Assembly (NCBI GenBank): GCA_963725075.1
Contig: CAVRXA010000026.1
Location: forward strand, 46,288 to 110,287
Length of the DNA stretch: 64,000 nt
DNA from: an uncultured Acidobacteriota bacterium
GTDB taxonomy: Bacteria > Actinomycetota > Acidimicrobiia > Spongiisociales > ZC4RG35
Direction: 5' to 3'
Shown here: one piece after another, positions 19,694 to 28,620 of the stretch
Layout: each line of letters starts with the position of its first letter
Numbering within the stretch: the first letter of the stretch is position 1
The notes under the pieces: generated by a model
What the model was told of the DNA's origin: nothing
Seen by the model: the letters and a program-made list of their open reading frames with translations, nothing else
Databases searched by the model: none
Position numbers and translations under genes: made by a program

Positions 19694-20051
19694 GCAACGG
19701 GAGGTCCGGCCGCTGCTTTGCAAACGGTTGGCCCACGAGACTGGGAGGTGAACCTTGGCAGTTGAGACGTCTGGTCACAGCCGGGGTAATCCCCGTCTTT
19801 ACGAGTTGATCGAGCAAGCCCCCAAGACCGGCAAGAGCCCCACGATCTGGGCGTGGCCCGAGATCGTCGACTATCTCAAGGTCGCCGGCCAGCCGGTTCA
19901 AGGCCCCTGGCCTCCCCATCAGCAGCCAAGACCCGACCCCTCGGCCGAATCCCTGCCCGGTGGCCGTGCCCGATCCCCAATCGTCCCCTCGTCAGCCCGA
20001 GCCCTTCCGGGAACCCGAGCCCCAAGCCTGAAGCAGACCAAGGAGGCAGCC

Positions 20052-20928
20052 ATCTACCCCTCTCGATTTCGCTACGAGGCTCCCAGGTCGATCGAGGAAG
20101 CTTCCGCGCTCCTGGCCGACGGCGGTGGCGAAGCCAAGATCCTGGCCGGGGGCCAGAGCCTGGTCCCGATGATCAAGCTCCGTTTCGCCTCGCCAGAGAT
20201 GCTGGTCGACATCAACGAGATCCCCGACCTGGGTTATCACCGCGTAGACGCGGACGGTTCGATACACGTCGGTGCGTTGTGCCGTCACGCCGACCTCGAG
20301 CGCTCCTCATCTGCTGGCCACTCGCCAGCCGACGATGGCTGCGGCCGCCCCGCTGGTGGCCGATCCGATCGTGCGGAATCGAGGCACACTTGTCGGCTCG
20401 CTGTGTCACGCCGACCCACAGGGCGACTGGGCATCGGTCATGGTCTCGCTGGACGGCTCGGTGGTTGCCGCTGGTCCCAACGGCCGACGCACGATCCCGA
20501 TCAAGGAGCTGGTGCGGGGTCCGTTCCAGACCACGCTCGCCTACGACGAGATCGTCGTGGAAGCGATGGCTCCTGCCCCGAAGGGTGAGGCCGCCGGTGG
20601 CTATCTGAAGCTGGAGCGCCGCGTCGGTGATTTCGCCACAGTTGGCGTCGCCGTGTCTATCGACCGAACCGGTGACGAGGTCACCCGGGCCGGGATCGGC
20701 CTGACCGGTGTGGGCGGCTCCACGATCTCCGCCGACGATGCCGCCCAAGTGCTGGTGGGTGGCTCGCTCACTGCCGAAGCCATCGGCGAGGCCGCCGCCC
20801 TTGCGGAACAGGCAGCCCAGCCCCGCACCGATCACAGAGGCAGCGCCTCCTACAAGCGGCACCTGGTGAGCGTCTTCACCAGCAGGATCCTGACTGGGTT
20901 GATTCGATCGGAAGAGGAGGCTGCCTGA
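20052..20928 (+). CDS. coxM: CO dehydrogenase medium (FAD-binding) subunit CoxM, frame broken near 20305; start uncertain
   Basis: [54 protein letters not shown] (frame of ORF 19755) joins [37 protein letters not shown]... (ORF 20272..20928). AAGGAGG at 20040-46 sits 5 nt before ATC 20052. The same frame is open back to TTG 19755. Confidence 0.8.
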
Positions 20929-20929
20929 A

Positions 20930-21451
20930 ATGACCAGCTTGTTCCAGGAGGTCAGCCCGGGGGCGGCCGAAGAGACTCCCACCAGGCAGATCACCGTGAC
21001 GGTCAACGGCGAGAGCCGCACGGCCGTTGTCGAGCCCCGGCTCGTCCTCGCCCACCTCCTCCGTCAGGGGTTCCATCTCACCGGCACCCACACCGGCTGT
21101 GACACGTCGAACTGTGGGGCCTGCACGGTCCTGTTGGATGGAACGCCGGTCAAGAGCTGCACGATGTTCGCCGTCCAGGCCGATGGCCACGAGGTGATGA
21201 CCGTCGAAGGGCTGGCCGGTCCCAGTGAGCTACACGCCATCCAGGAAGGGTTCAAGGAGGAGCACGGGCTTCAATGCGGGTTCTGCACCCCCGGCATGAT
21301 GATGGCGTCCAAGGCTCTGCTCGATGAGAACCCGAACCCGACCGAGGACGAGATCCGCTGGGCCTTGAGCGGCAATCTCTGCCGCTGCACCGGCTATCAG
21401 AACATCGTCAAGGCTGTCATGTGGGCGGCGAAGAAGCTGGAGGATCAGTGA
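20930..21451 (+). CDS. coxS: CO dehydrogenase small [2Fe-2S] subunit CoxS
   Basis: [12 protein letters not shown] and [10 protein letters not shown]...GNLCRCTGY cysteine clusters. Confidence 0.95.
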   Translation: MTSLFQEVSPGAAEETPTRQITVTVNGESRTAVVEPRLVLAHLLRQGFHLTGTHTGCDTSNCGACTVLLDGTPVKSCTMFAVQADGHEVMTVEGLAGPSELHAIQEGFKEEHGLQCGFCTPGMMMASKALLDENPNPTEDEIRWALSGNLCRCTGYQNIVKAVMWAAKKLEDQ

Positions 21452-21452
21452 G

Positions 21453-23840
21453 ATGACGGCGGTCGACGAGATCAAGATCGGCGGCATGGGCGCCAGCAGG
21501 CGTCGTGTCGAGGACAACCGCTTCATCCGCGGCAAGGGCAACTACGTCGACGACATCGTGCTGCCCGGGATGCTGCACATGGAGATCCTGCGCAGCCCGC
21601 TGGCCCACGCCAGGATCAAGTCGATCGACGCCTCGAAGGCGTGGGCCATGCCCGGTGTCCGCCTCGTGCTGACCGGGGAGACGATGGCTGCCCGCAACCT
21701 GGCCTGGATGCCGACCCTGTCCTATGACACGCAGGCAGTGCTGGCCACCGACAAGGTCCGATTCCAGGGCCAGGAGGTCGCCTGCGTCATCGCCGACGAC
21801 CCCTACATCGCCAAGGACGCGTGTGAGGCGATCGTCGTCGACTACGAGCCGCTGCCCGCGATCGTCAACCCCACCCAATCGCTCGCCGATGGAGCTCCCC
21901 TGATCAGGGATGACAAGGAAAACCAGCCCGACAACGTCATCTACGACTGGGAGGTGGGTGACAGAGAAGGAACGGACCGCGCCTTCGCTCAGGCCGATCT
22001 CGTTTCCAAGATCGAGCTCCACTACCCACGGTCCCACCCCTCGCCAATCGAGTGCTGCGGGTCGATCGCCGATTACAACCGGGCCACCTCGAAGTTGACG
22101 GTTTACATGACGACCCAGGCGCCCCACATCATCCGGGCCGCAGTGGCCCTCGTGGCCGAGCTGCCCGAGCAGATGATCAGGATCATCTCACCGGATATCG
22201 GAGGCGGGTTCGGCAACAAGGTGCCGGTGTACCCCGGCTATGTGGCGTCGATCCTGGCGTCGATCCTCCTCGAGCGACCGGTGAAATGGATCGAGGACCG
22301 GACCGGCAACCTGATCTCGACCGGCTTCGCCCGCGACATCTACCTCCAGGGTGAGCTGGCTTTGCGCAACGATGGCCGAATCCTGGGTGTGCGGATGAAG
22401 GCCACAGCCGACCACGGCGCCTTCTTCTCCGATGCCCAGCCGTCGAAGTTCAAGATCGGGCTGATGCACTCGGCGTTCGCCTGTTACGACATCCCCAACG
22501 CCCATCTCGAGGCACGCGGGGTGTACACGAACAAGGCACCGGGCGGAGTCGCCTACCGCTGCTCGTTCCGGGTGACCGAGGCGATGTTCTTCCAGGAGCG
22601 GATGGTGCAGGCCGCTGCCGACGACCTGGGGATGGACCAGGCCGAGTTCCGTCGGGTCAATTTCGTTCGCGACGACGACTTCCCCCATCGGACCCCGTGG
22701 GGCTTCCTCACCGACTCGGGCCAGTACGGCAAGTGCCTGGATGTCGGTCTCGAGGCCATCGGCTATCAGGACTTCCTCAAGGAGAAAGAGGAGGCGGCCA
22801 AGAAGGGCAGGTTGCTGGGGATCGGCATCTCCACCATGACCGAGCCCCTCGGCGCCGGCAACAGCCGTGAATACGACATCCTGGGCATCAAGATGTTCGA
22901 CTCGGCCGAGCTCAAGATCCACATGACGGGCAAGGCCCTCCTCCGCACCGGCGCCAAGACCCAGGGCCAGGGCCACGAGACGACCTGGGCCCAGATCGTC
23001 GCCCACGAGCTCGGTCTCCCCGCCGAGGACATCCTCGTCGAGGAGGGCGACACCGACACCGCTCCCTTCGGTATGGGGACGTACGCCTCCCGGAGCACAC
23101 CGGTGGCGGGAGCGGCCGTGGCCATGGTGTCACGCAAGATCCGGGCAAAGGCCCGCAAGATCGCGGCACACCTCCTCGAGATCTCCGAGGAGGACATCGA
23201 GTGGGAGTTGGGCCGCTTCTACGTGCGCAGCCAGCCCGACCGCGGGGTCACCATCCAGGAGTGCGCCATGGCGGCCTACTCCAATATGCCCGATGGGATG
23301 GAACCTGGCCTCGAGAACGTGGCGTATTACGACCCGCCCAACCTCACCTGGCCATTCGCCTGTTACATCGTGACAGTGGAGGTCGACCCCGAGACGGGCG
23401 TATGGGATGTGCTGAGGCTGGTGGCCGTCGACGACTGCGGCGTCCGCATCAACCCGATGATCGTCGAAGGGCAGATCATGGGCGGGCTCACCGAGGCCTA
23501 TGCGATGGCCAACATGCAGTTCATCACCTTCGACGAGCAGGGCAACTGCATCGGCTCCAATTTCACCGACTATCTGCTCCCGACCGCCTGGGAGACGCCC
23601 GGCTTCGAGCTGCACGAGGTGGTCACTCCCTGCCCCCACCACCCCATCGGGGCCAAGGGCATCGGGGAGTGCGCCGCGGTGGGTGGGCCGGCCGCGTTCG
23701 TCAACGCGGTCATGGACGCGCTCAAGGGCACCGGAGTTCGCAACATCGACATGCCGGTGTTCCCCGACCGTGTCTATCAGGCTCTGCAGACCGGACAGGA
23801 CGTAAGCGGGGCGCCACCGGTGAGGACCGACGAGGCATGA
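21453..23840 (+). CDS. coxL: CO dehydrogenase large molybdopterin subunit CoxL, form I
   Basis: 795 aa of the xanthine-oxidase family. The active-site loop VAYRCSFR is encoded at 22551-22571 (GCC TAC CGC TGC TCG TTC CGG). This is the form-I AYXCSFR signature. Confidence 0.95.
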   Translation: MTAVDEIKIGGMGASRRRVEDNRFIRGKGNYVDDIVLPGMLHMEILRSPLAHARIKSIDASKAWAMPGVRLVLTGETMAARNLAWMPTLSYDTQAVLATDKVRFQGQEVACVIADDPYIAKDACEAIVVDYEPLPAIVNPTQSLADGAPLIRDDKENQPDNVIYDWEVGDREGTDRAFAQADLVSKIELHYPRSHPSPIECCGSIADYNRATSKLTVYMTTQAPHIIRAAVALVAELPEQMIRIISPDIGGGFGNKVPVYPGYVASILASILLERPVKWIEDRTGNLISTGFARDIYLQGELALRNDGRILGVRMKATADHGAFFSDAQPSKFKIGLMHSAFACYDIPNAHLEARGVYTNKAPGGVAYRCSFRVTEAMFFQERMVQAAADDLGMDQAEFRRVNFVRDDDFPHRTPWGFLTDSGQYGKCLDVGLEAIGYQDFLKEKEEAAKKGRLLGIGISTMTEPLGAGNSREYDILGIKMFDSAELKIHMTGKALLRTGAKTQGQGHETTWAQIVAHELGLPAEDILVEEGDTDTAPFGMGTYASRSTPVAGAAVAMVSRKIRAKARKIAAHLLEISEEDIEWELGRFYVRSQPDRGVTIQECAMAAYSNMPDGMEPGLENVAYYDPPNLTWPFACYIVTVEVDPETGVWDVLRLVAVDDCGVRINPMIVEGQIMGGLTEAYAMANMQFITFDEQGNCIGSNFTDYLLPTAWETPGFELHEVVTPCPHHPIGAKGIGECAAVGGPAAFVNAVMDALKGTGVRNIDMPVFPDRVYQALQTGQDVSGAPPVRTDEA

Positions 23841-24838
23841 GCGCCCAGCCCGCCGATGGGTGGAGGATGATCGAGATGGCGAGCGATCTCGCCCGTCAGG
23901 GCGTCGAATTCGCCCTGGCAACCGTCGTCTGGCGCCAGGCGCCGTCCTCCGGGCATCAGGGGTCGCGGGCCATCATCACTGCGGACGGCCAGATGCACGG
24001 CTGGATCGGCGGAGCCTGTGCCGAGCCGGTCGTGGTTCGCGAGGCGCAGCGGGCCATGGAGGACCGTGTGCCACGGCTGATCCTCCTGGGCAACCCGGGC
24101 CAATTCGGTGAGATCCCTGACGGCATGACCTTCGTCCAGATGTCTTGCCAGTCCGAGGGCGCACTGCAGCTCTACGTCGAGCCGGTGCTGCCCACCCCTC
24201 ACCTGGTGGTCGTGGGCAGGTCCCCGATGGCCGCCACTCTGGTGGAGCTGGCGGCCGGGGTCGGATGGCGGGCCGATCTGGTGGATGTCGCCGATTTCAA
24301 GACCGCTCATGTCGGCGACACGTCCGTCGTGGTCGTCGCCACCCAGGGCCACGGTGACGAGGAGGCAGTCGAGCAGGCTGTGACCGCACGCCCTGCTTTC
24401 GTCGGGCTGGTCGCTTCTCCCAAGCGCGGCGAGGCGGTCCTCGGGTATCTCGCCGACCGGGGTGTCCCCCGGGATCTCCTGGATCAGGTGAAGGTCCCCG
24501 TAGGCCTCAACCTCGGCCACACCTCGCATCCCGAGATCGCGGTCTCCGTTCTTGCAGAGCTGGTGGAGCTCCGGGCCACCGGCGCCCTCGATCCCGCGCC
24601 GCGGGCGGAATCCAGCGCGGTGCCCGTCGAGCAGCACCATTCCGCTCACGCCCATGAGCACACGGCAGGCACGGCTGTGGACCTCGTTTGCGGGATGACG
24701 GTGCCCGCCGACGAGACCAGTCGCCCCTTCGAATACGAGGGACAGACGTACTACTTCTGCTGTCCGGGATGCCGGACTGCATTCGAGAAGGACCCGATCG
24801 CCTATATCGCCAAGGGGACACATGCTCATCAAACATGA
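23837..24838 (+). CDS. XdhC/CoxF-family Mo-cofactor insertion protein fused to a C-terminal YHS/TRASH metal-binding domain
   Basis: ATGA overlap with the coxL stop. XdhC_CoxI N-domain (ATVVWRQAPSSGHQGSRAIITADGQMHGWIGGACAE). Rossmann-like middle (HLVVVGRSPMAATL). C-terminal His-rich linker, then DLVCGMTV...YYFCCPGCRTAFEKDP. Confidence 0.8.
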   Translation: MSAQPADGWRMIEMASDLARQGVEFALATVVWRQAPSSGHQGSRAIITADGQMHGWIGGACAEPVVVREAQRAMEDRVPRLILLGNPGQFGEIPDGMTFVQMSCQSEGALQLYVEPVLPTPHLVVVGRSPMAATLVELAAGVGWRADLVDVADFKTAHVGDTSVVVVATQGHGDEEAVEQAVTARPAFVGLVASPKRGEAVLGYLADRGVPRDLLDQVKVPVGLNLGHTSHPEIAVSVLAELVELRATGALDPAPRAESSAVPVEQHHSAHAHEHTAGTAVDLVCGMTVPADETSRPFEYEGQTYYFCCPGCRTAFEKDPIAYIAKGTHAHQT

Positions 24839-25406
24839 CTTCGAGGTACCGGTTGACGTAGACAAGGTGTGGGAGTTCTGTCAGGACATCCCCCAGGTGG
24901 CCGCCTGCCTCCCGGGAGCCTCGCTCACAGATGAGATCGGCCCCGATCAATACGCAGGGAATGTCGGCATCCGCCTCGGACCTGTCCAGATGCAATTTGC
25001 CGGGCAAGCCGCGGTCACGGAGCGCGATCACGCCAACAAGACGATCGTCGTCGACGCTTCGGGTGCCGACGAGAAGGGCCGCGGCCAGGCGGCCCTGGGC
25101 CTCACCGCCCGTCTCGTCCCCACTGCCAACGGAACAAGGGTGGAGGTGGAGCAGGACCTGGAGTTGTCCGGCGCGGCCGCCCAGTATGGAAGGGGCATGA
25201 TCAGCGACGTGAGCGCGGTGATGATGCGTGACTTCGCGACGAACATGCAGACGCGGATCGATGCCTACGACCGTGGTGTCTCACCCGACCAGATCCAGCA
25301 GGCAAAATCTGCAGGTGGCTTTGGCATCGCCATCGCGGCGGCCTGGATGGCGCTCAAGCGGGTCGGGCGCAGGTTCTTTCTCCCCTACGAGCCCAACCGG
25401 ATCTGA
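24822..25406 (+). CDS. coxG: CoxG (SRPBCC-fold CO dehydrogenase subunit G) with C-terminal hydrophobic tail
   Basis: MLIKHDFEVPVDVDKVWEFCQDIPQVAACLPGA...GPVQMQFAG...AAQYGRGMI, matching CoxG family features. Confidence 0.85.
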   Translation: MLIKHDFEVPVDVDKVWEFCQDIPQVAACLPGASLTDEIGPDQYAGNVGIRLGPVQMQFAGQAAVTERDHANKTIVVDASGADEKGRGQAALGLTARLVPTANGTRVEVEQDLELSGAAAQYGRGMISDVSAVMMRDFATNMQTRIDAYDRGVSPDQIQQAKSAGGFGIAIAAAWMALKRVGRRFFLPYEPNRI

Positions 25407-25416
25407 GGAGGCGCTG

Positions 25417-25671
25417 ATGACTTGGTGGTGGATTGGAAATGTGGTGCTCCTCCTGGTTGTGGTTCCGGTGCTGGTCGCCCTCCTCAACCGGGTGCTGGCT
25501 GCACTGGAACGCATCAGGGGTGCCTCGGACGAGATTCTCACCGGCGGTGTCGCCCTGATCGGCGAGGTCGACAGGGTGCCCGAACTTCTGGCGGTCACCG
25601 ATCAGACGATCGAAGACGTATCCACCGGCGCGGTCCGCTACGCCGGCTCCGTGGCGAAGTTGTTGGGTTAG
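25417..25671 (+). CDS. single-pass membrane mini-protein 1 of 5 (hypothetical, DUF948-like architecture)
   Basis: GAGGAGG lies 6 nt upstream of ATG 25417. Sequence: MTWWWIGNVVLLLVVVPVLVALL, then an amphipathic segment of about 55 aa. High third-position G+C. Confidence 0.6.
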   Translation: MTWWWIGNVVLLLVVVPVLVALLNRVLAALERIRGASDEILTGGVALIGEVDRVPELLAVTDQTIEDVSTGAVRYAGSVAKLLG

Positions 25672-25686
25672 GAGAGGACGAGTCAT

Positions 25687-25914
25687 ATGCCTGCAGCAGC
25701 AATCGTGACCCTGGTGCTAGCCACGCTGATCATCGCCGCGGCCGCCCTCGGCTTGATGCGGGTGATCGGCCATCTCAGCGCCACCCTCGGGACGCTCCGG
25801 GCCCTCACCGGCGGCGTCGGTGTGGTGGCCGATAAGACCAGCACCGTGCCGGCCGTGGTGGGCTCGGTCAACGCCAATTTCAAGCCCGTCAGCGACTTCT
25901 GCGAGTCAATATGA
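25687..25914 (+). CDS. single-pass membrane mini-protein 2 of 5 (hypothetical)
   Basis: GGAGAGG lies upstream of ATG 25687. 75 aa with TM helix AAAIVTLVLATLIIAAAALGLM. Confidence 0.6.
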   Translation: MPAAAIVTLVLATLIIAAAALGLMRVIGHLSATLGTLRALTGGVGVVADKTSTVPAVVGSVNANFKPVSDFCESI

Positions 25915-26171
25915 GTGAGCTGTTCGAGGGAAACACCGGCTGGCTGGTCGGATACATCATCGGCATCGTCGTCGTGCTGGTGGTGGTTGCCCTGGTGGTG
26001 CCCATCCTGGTCCTGGCCAGCAAGATCGGGAGCGAGGCCCAGCTGATCGACGAGAGTCTCCAGATGTCGGTGCAGAACACGGCGGCGTTGGCCGACCTGA
26101 GCTCCACTAACCAGATGGCGGTGAACGTCATCCAGGGGCTCGAGCGGGGCCGGAAGCGACTCGGAGGATGA
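25911..26171 (+). CDS. single-pass membrane mini-protein 3 of 5 (hypothetical)
   Basis: ATGA overlap with the previous stop. 86 aa with TM helix GWLVGYIIGIVVVLVVVALVVPILVLA. Confidence 0.6.
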   Translation: MSELFEGNTGWLVGYIIGIVVVLVVVALVVPILVLASKIGSEAQLIDESLQMSVQNTAALADLSSTNQMAVNVIQGLERGRKRLGG

Positions 26172-26461
26172 CGATGGTCTTTGCCCTGACCGAGAACCAG
26201 GAGACCCTGTGGGTGATCGCCAACTGGGCAGGACTCGCCGTGGTGATCGCCGTGGCGCTCCTGCTCACCATCCTGGTGCTCCTGGTCCACAGAATCGACA
26301 AGAGAGTCAAGAACATCAAAGCCACCCTGACCCAGGCCGAGGCCAACACTGCTGATGCCGAGCTGCTGAACACCACTGCTGCCGGTGTCGACCTGGTCCT
26401 CGCCGAAGGCCTCGAGCATCATTTGTTCCTGGGCCGGGTCCTGGGGAAGGTGCGCTCGTGA
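26168..26461 (+). CDS. single-pass membrane mini-protein 4 of 5 (hypothetical)
   Basis: ATGA overlap, with GGAGGA embedded upstream. 97 aa with TM helix LWVIANWAGLAVVIAVALLLTILVLLV. Confidence 0.6.
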   Translation: MTMVFALTENQETLWVIANWAGLAVVIAVALLLTILVLLVHRIDKRVKNIKATLTQAEANTADAELLNTTAAGVDLVLAEGLEHHLFLGRVLGKVRS

Positions 26462-26869
26462 GCGACCTGGTCCTCTTCACAGTCATCGACATCGTCCTGC
26501 TCATCGCCGGTCTGGCGATCTACCTCTGGATCGTCGGTGGGCAGCTCACCCGGATCGCCACCAATCTCGAGGAGTGCAACGAGTTGGTCGCAGAAGATCG
26601 GCGGGAACGCCGCTTCGATCGAAGGCAATCTCGAGCACGTGAACCGCACGGGAGGCGTCGTCGCCGCCGCACTCCCTCTCCTCTATGGGATGGCCGAGAA
26701 GATCGTGGTCGGCGCCACCTACGACGCCGAGACGGTGCCGGAGCGAGGCCCGGCGGTACCTGCATCGGGTCGCCGCCGTTCTCGTCTCCATGACGCCATC
26801 GGGTACATGCCGGACGGCCCGGGAGCAGGGCCCACGCCCCCCTGGCCGACACGTCCGAGCCTGTCGTAG
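26458..26869 (+). CDS. single-pass membrane mini-protein 5 of 5 (hypothetical), frame broken near 26590
   Basis: GTGA overlap. MSDLVLFTVIDIVLLIAGLAIYLWIVGGQLTRIATNLEECNELV (frame 26458) continues as QKIGGNAASIEGNLEHVNRTGGVVAAALPLLYGMAEKIVVG (frame 26537). Confidence 0.5.
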
Positions 26870-26895
26870 TCGCCATCGCCAGCCTCCCTCAAATC

Positions 26896-26930
26896 GAGAT
26901 GGGCCGGGGCCGACCCGGCCCATCTCTTTC
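26896..26930 (+). terminator. intrinsic terminator candidate: GAGATGGGCCGGG-gccga-CCCGGCCCATCTC then TTTC
   Basis: Perfect 13-bp stem (26896-26908 / 26914-26926) immediately after the last mini-protein gene. Confidence 0.6.
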
Positions 26931-27053
26931 CCCTCCGGATCACCTGACCGGTGTTCCGGCAACCCGTTTGTGTCCGGGCAACCGCGACCCATGACACGAG
27001 ATCTGTAGACAGAATCTCGTCAGCGATCCACCACGGGCGGACACTAAGGGGCA

Positions 27054-27614
27054 ATGACAACGCAGGCAGACCAGAGGTCGCGCTTCGAGTCGATCTGGCG
27101 CAAGCACCGGCACCAGGTGCTGGCCTATTGCCTGCGACGCGCCACGTCGGCCGATGCGGAGGACGCCTGCGCCGAGACGTTCCTGGTCGTGTGGCGACGC
27201 ATCGACGAGATACCGCCAGGCCCCAAGACCCTTCCTTGTCTCTACGGGATCGCCCGCAAAACGCTGTCGAATCAGACGCGAGCCTTCTATCGAAGAGGGC
27301 GTCTCCACACGAAGCTCACCAACCTCGGGATGACGCCCGCCGCCGACCCGATGCTGGTCGTGGTCCAGAGCGCCGACGACAAGGTCGTCACGGACGCGGT
27401 CCGACGGCTCAAGCCCGTCGACCGGGAGATCGTGATGCTCGACGTCTGGGAAGGCCTGTCGCGGGCAGAGATCGCCGATGTGATGGGCATGACAAGAGCC
27501 GCCGTCGATCAGCGGATCCACCGCGCCTATCAAAAGCTCTCCCGGGCCCTGGTGCCCGTCCTGGAGAGCAGTCCAACCATTTCCCCTCCGATCGCCGAGG
27601 AAGGAGTGACATGA
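27054..27614 (+). CDS. ECF sigma factor, paralogue B (intact)
   Basis: 186 aa. Region 2: FESIWRKHRHQVLAYCLRR...ETFLVVWRRIDEI. Region 4: REIVMLDVWEGLSRAEIADVMGMTRAAVDQRIHRAYQKL. Confidence 0.85.
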   Translation: MTTQADQRSRFESIWRKHRHQVLAYCLRRATSADAEDACAETFLVVWRRIDEIPPGPKTLPCLYGIARKTLSNQTRAFYRRGRLHTKLTNLGMTPAADPMLVVVQSADDKVVTDAVRRLKPVDREIVMLDVWEGLSRAEIADVMGMTRAAVDQRIHRAYQKLSRALVPVLESSPTISPPIAEEGVT

Positions 27615-28475
27615 CGCACGACCAGATCCGCGAGATGGTCCGCCGGGTGAACCCGATCCCGGACCCGAGCATGCTCGAGATCGTCGATGTGCCTGTCCTC
27701 GCCACCCCTCTCGAGAGGAGAACGGAAATGCAGATCGACGACAGACCCGGGACTGAGGTCCAGGCGGACGGCAATCGCCGGCGGGGTCCCCTGGTCGGGA
27801 TCGCGGCGGCGGCGGCGGTGATCCTGCTCGCAGGGCTCGTCTTCGTGCTGACCAGGGACAACACCCCGGTGGCCGAGCCGGCCCCGAATGCGACGCTGCT
27901 GACACAGGAGATGGAGTTACGGCGCCAATCGATCCGGGTGCCTACTTCGCCGACACCGACGGTGACGAAGCGACGTCGACTCGGCGGGACTTTCGTGATC
28001 GAGAACGAGGGCTGGGCTGGCGATGCAAACCTGGAGCGTGAAAGCCATGGGCGAGGACGGTGCTGCTGACATCGGGCTGATGATCGTCGAGGTCGACCAG
28101 GTGTGGTCACCGGCGTGTGGCGGCACCGGCACCCCACAGCCTGCCGGGACGACGGCGGAGGATCTGGCGAACCAGTTCGCCGCGGCTGGATTCACCGTCC
28201 AAGAGGCCGTTTCTCCGGTGAGTGCCTTTGGCCAGACCGGATACCACCTAATGGTCGATGTCCCCGCCGAATGCACCGGTGGCACTCACATGGTCTGGGA
28301 AGGCCCCACGTTCGGGCGCTACTACCACGAGCCCGAAGGCGGGGTCGAGGAGTACTGGTTCCTCGATGTGGAGGGAACGCCGGTCATGGTCGAAGCGAGC
28401 TGGGCCCGTCAAACCGGCGAAGAGGACGTGGCGGAGCTCCAGGCGGTGCTCGACACCCTGGTGATCACGCCATAA
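27611..28475 (+). pseudogene. membrane-anchored anti-sigma-like partner B with ~200-aa extracytoplasmic domain; at least 3 frame breaks (about 27908, 27975, 28025)
   Basis: MTHDQIREMVRRVNPIPDP..., then TM helix GPLVGIAAAAAVILLAGLVFVL. Next come GDGVTAPIDPGAYFADTDGDEATSTR (alternate frame), GTFVIENEGWAGDANLE, and ORF 28023..28475 (...EEYWFLDVEGTPVMVEASW...LQAVLDTLVITP). Confidence 0.55.
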
Positions 28476-28502
28476 TCGGGCAACACGAATCGATCTAGCC
28501 AA

Positions 28503-28540
28503 GGAACGGGTCGGCACACGCCGACCCGTTCCACATTTGA
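28503..28540 (+). terminator. intrinsic terminator candidate: GGAACGGGTCGGC-acac-GCCGACCCGTTCC then ACATTTGA
   Basis: Perfect 13-bp stem at 28503-28515 / 28520-28532, directly after partner B. Confidence 0.55.
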
Positions 28541-28620
28541 ATTCCCGCCACAGGGCATACGCGTCGAGGTTCGTACAGAATCCTGTCAACGGGGTGTCGC
28601 ATCCGGACAGGAACTGATTG

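Noticed and set aside
19932-20023. Four CCCGA-N-CCC motifs upstream of coxM as a possible regulator-binding array
   Set aside because: Their spacing is irregular (37, 27 and 18 bp). They fall in a Pro-rich, C-rich stretch that may be translated, so they are better explained by composition.
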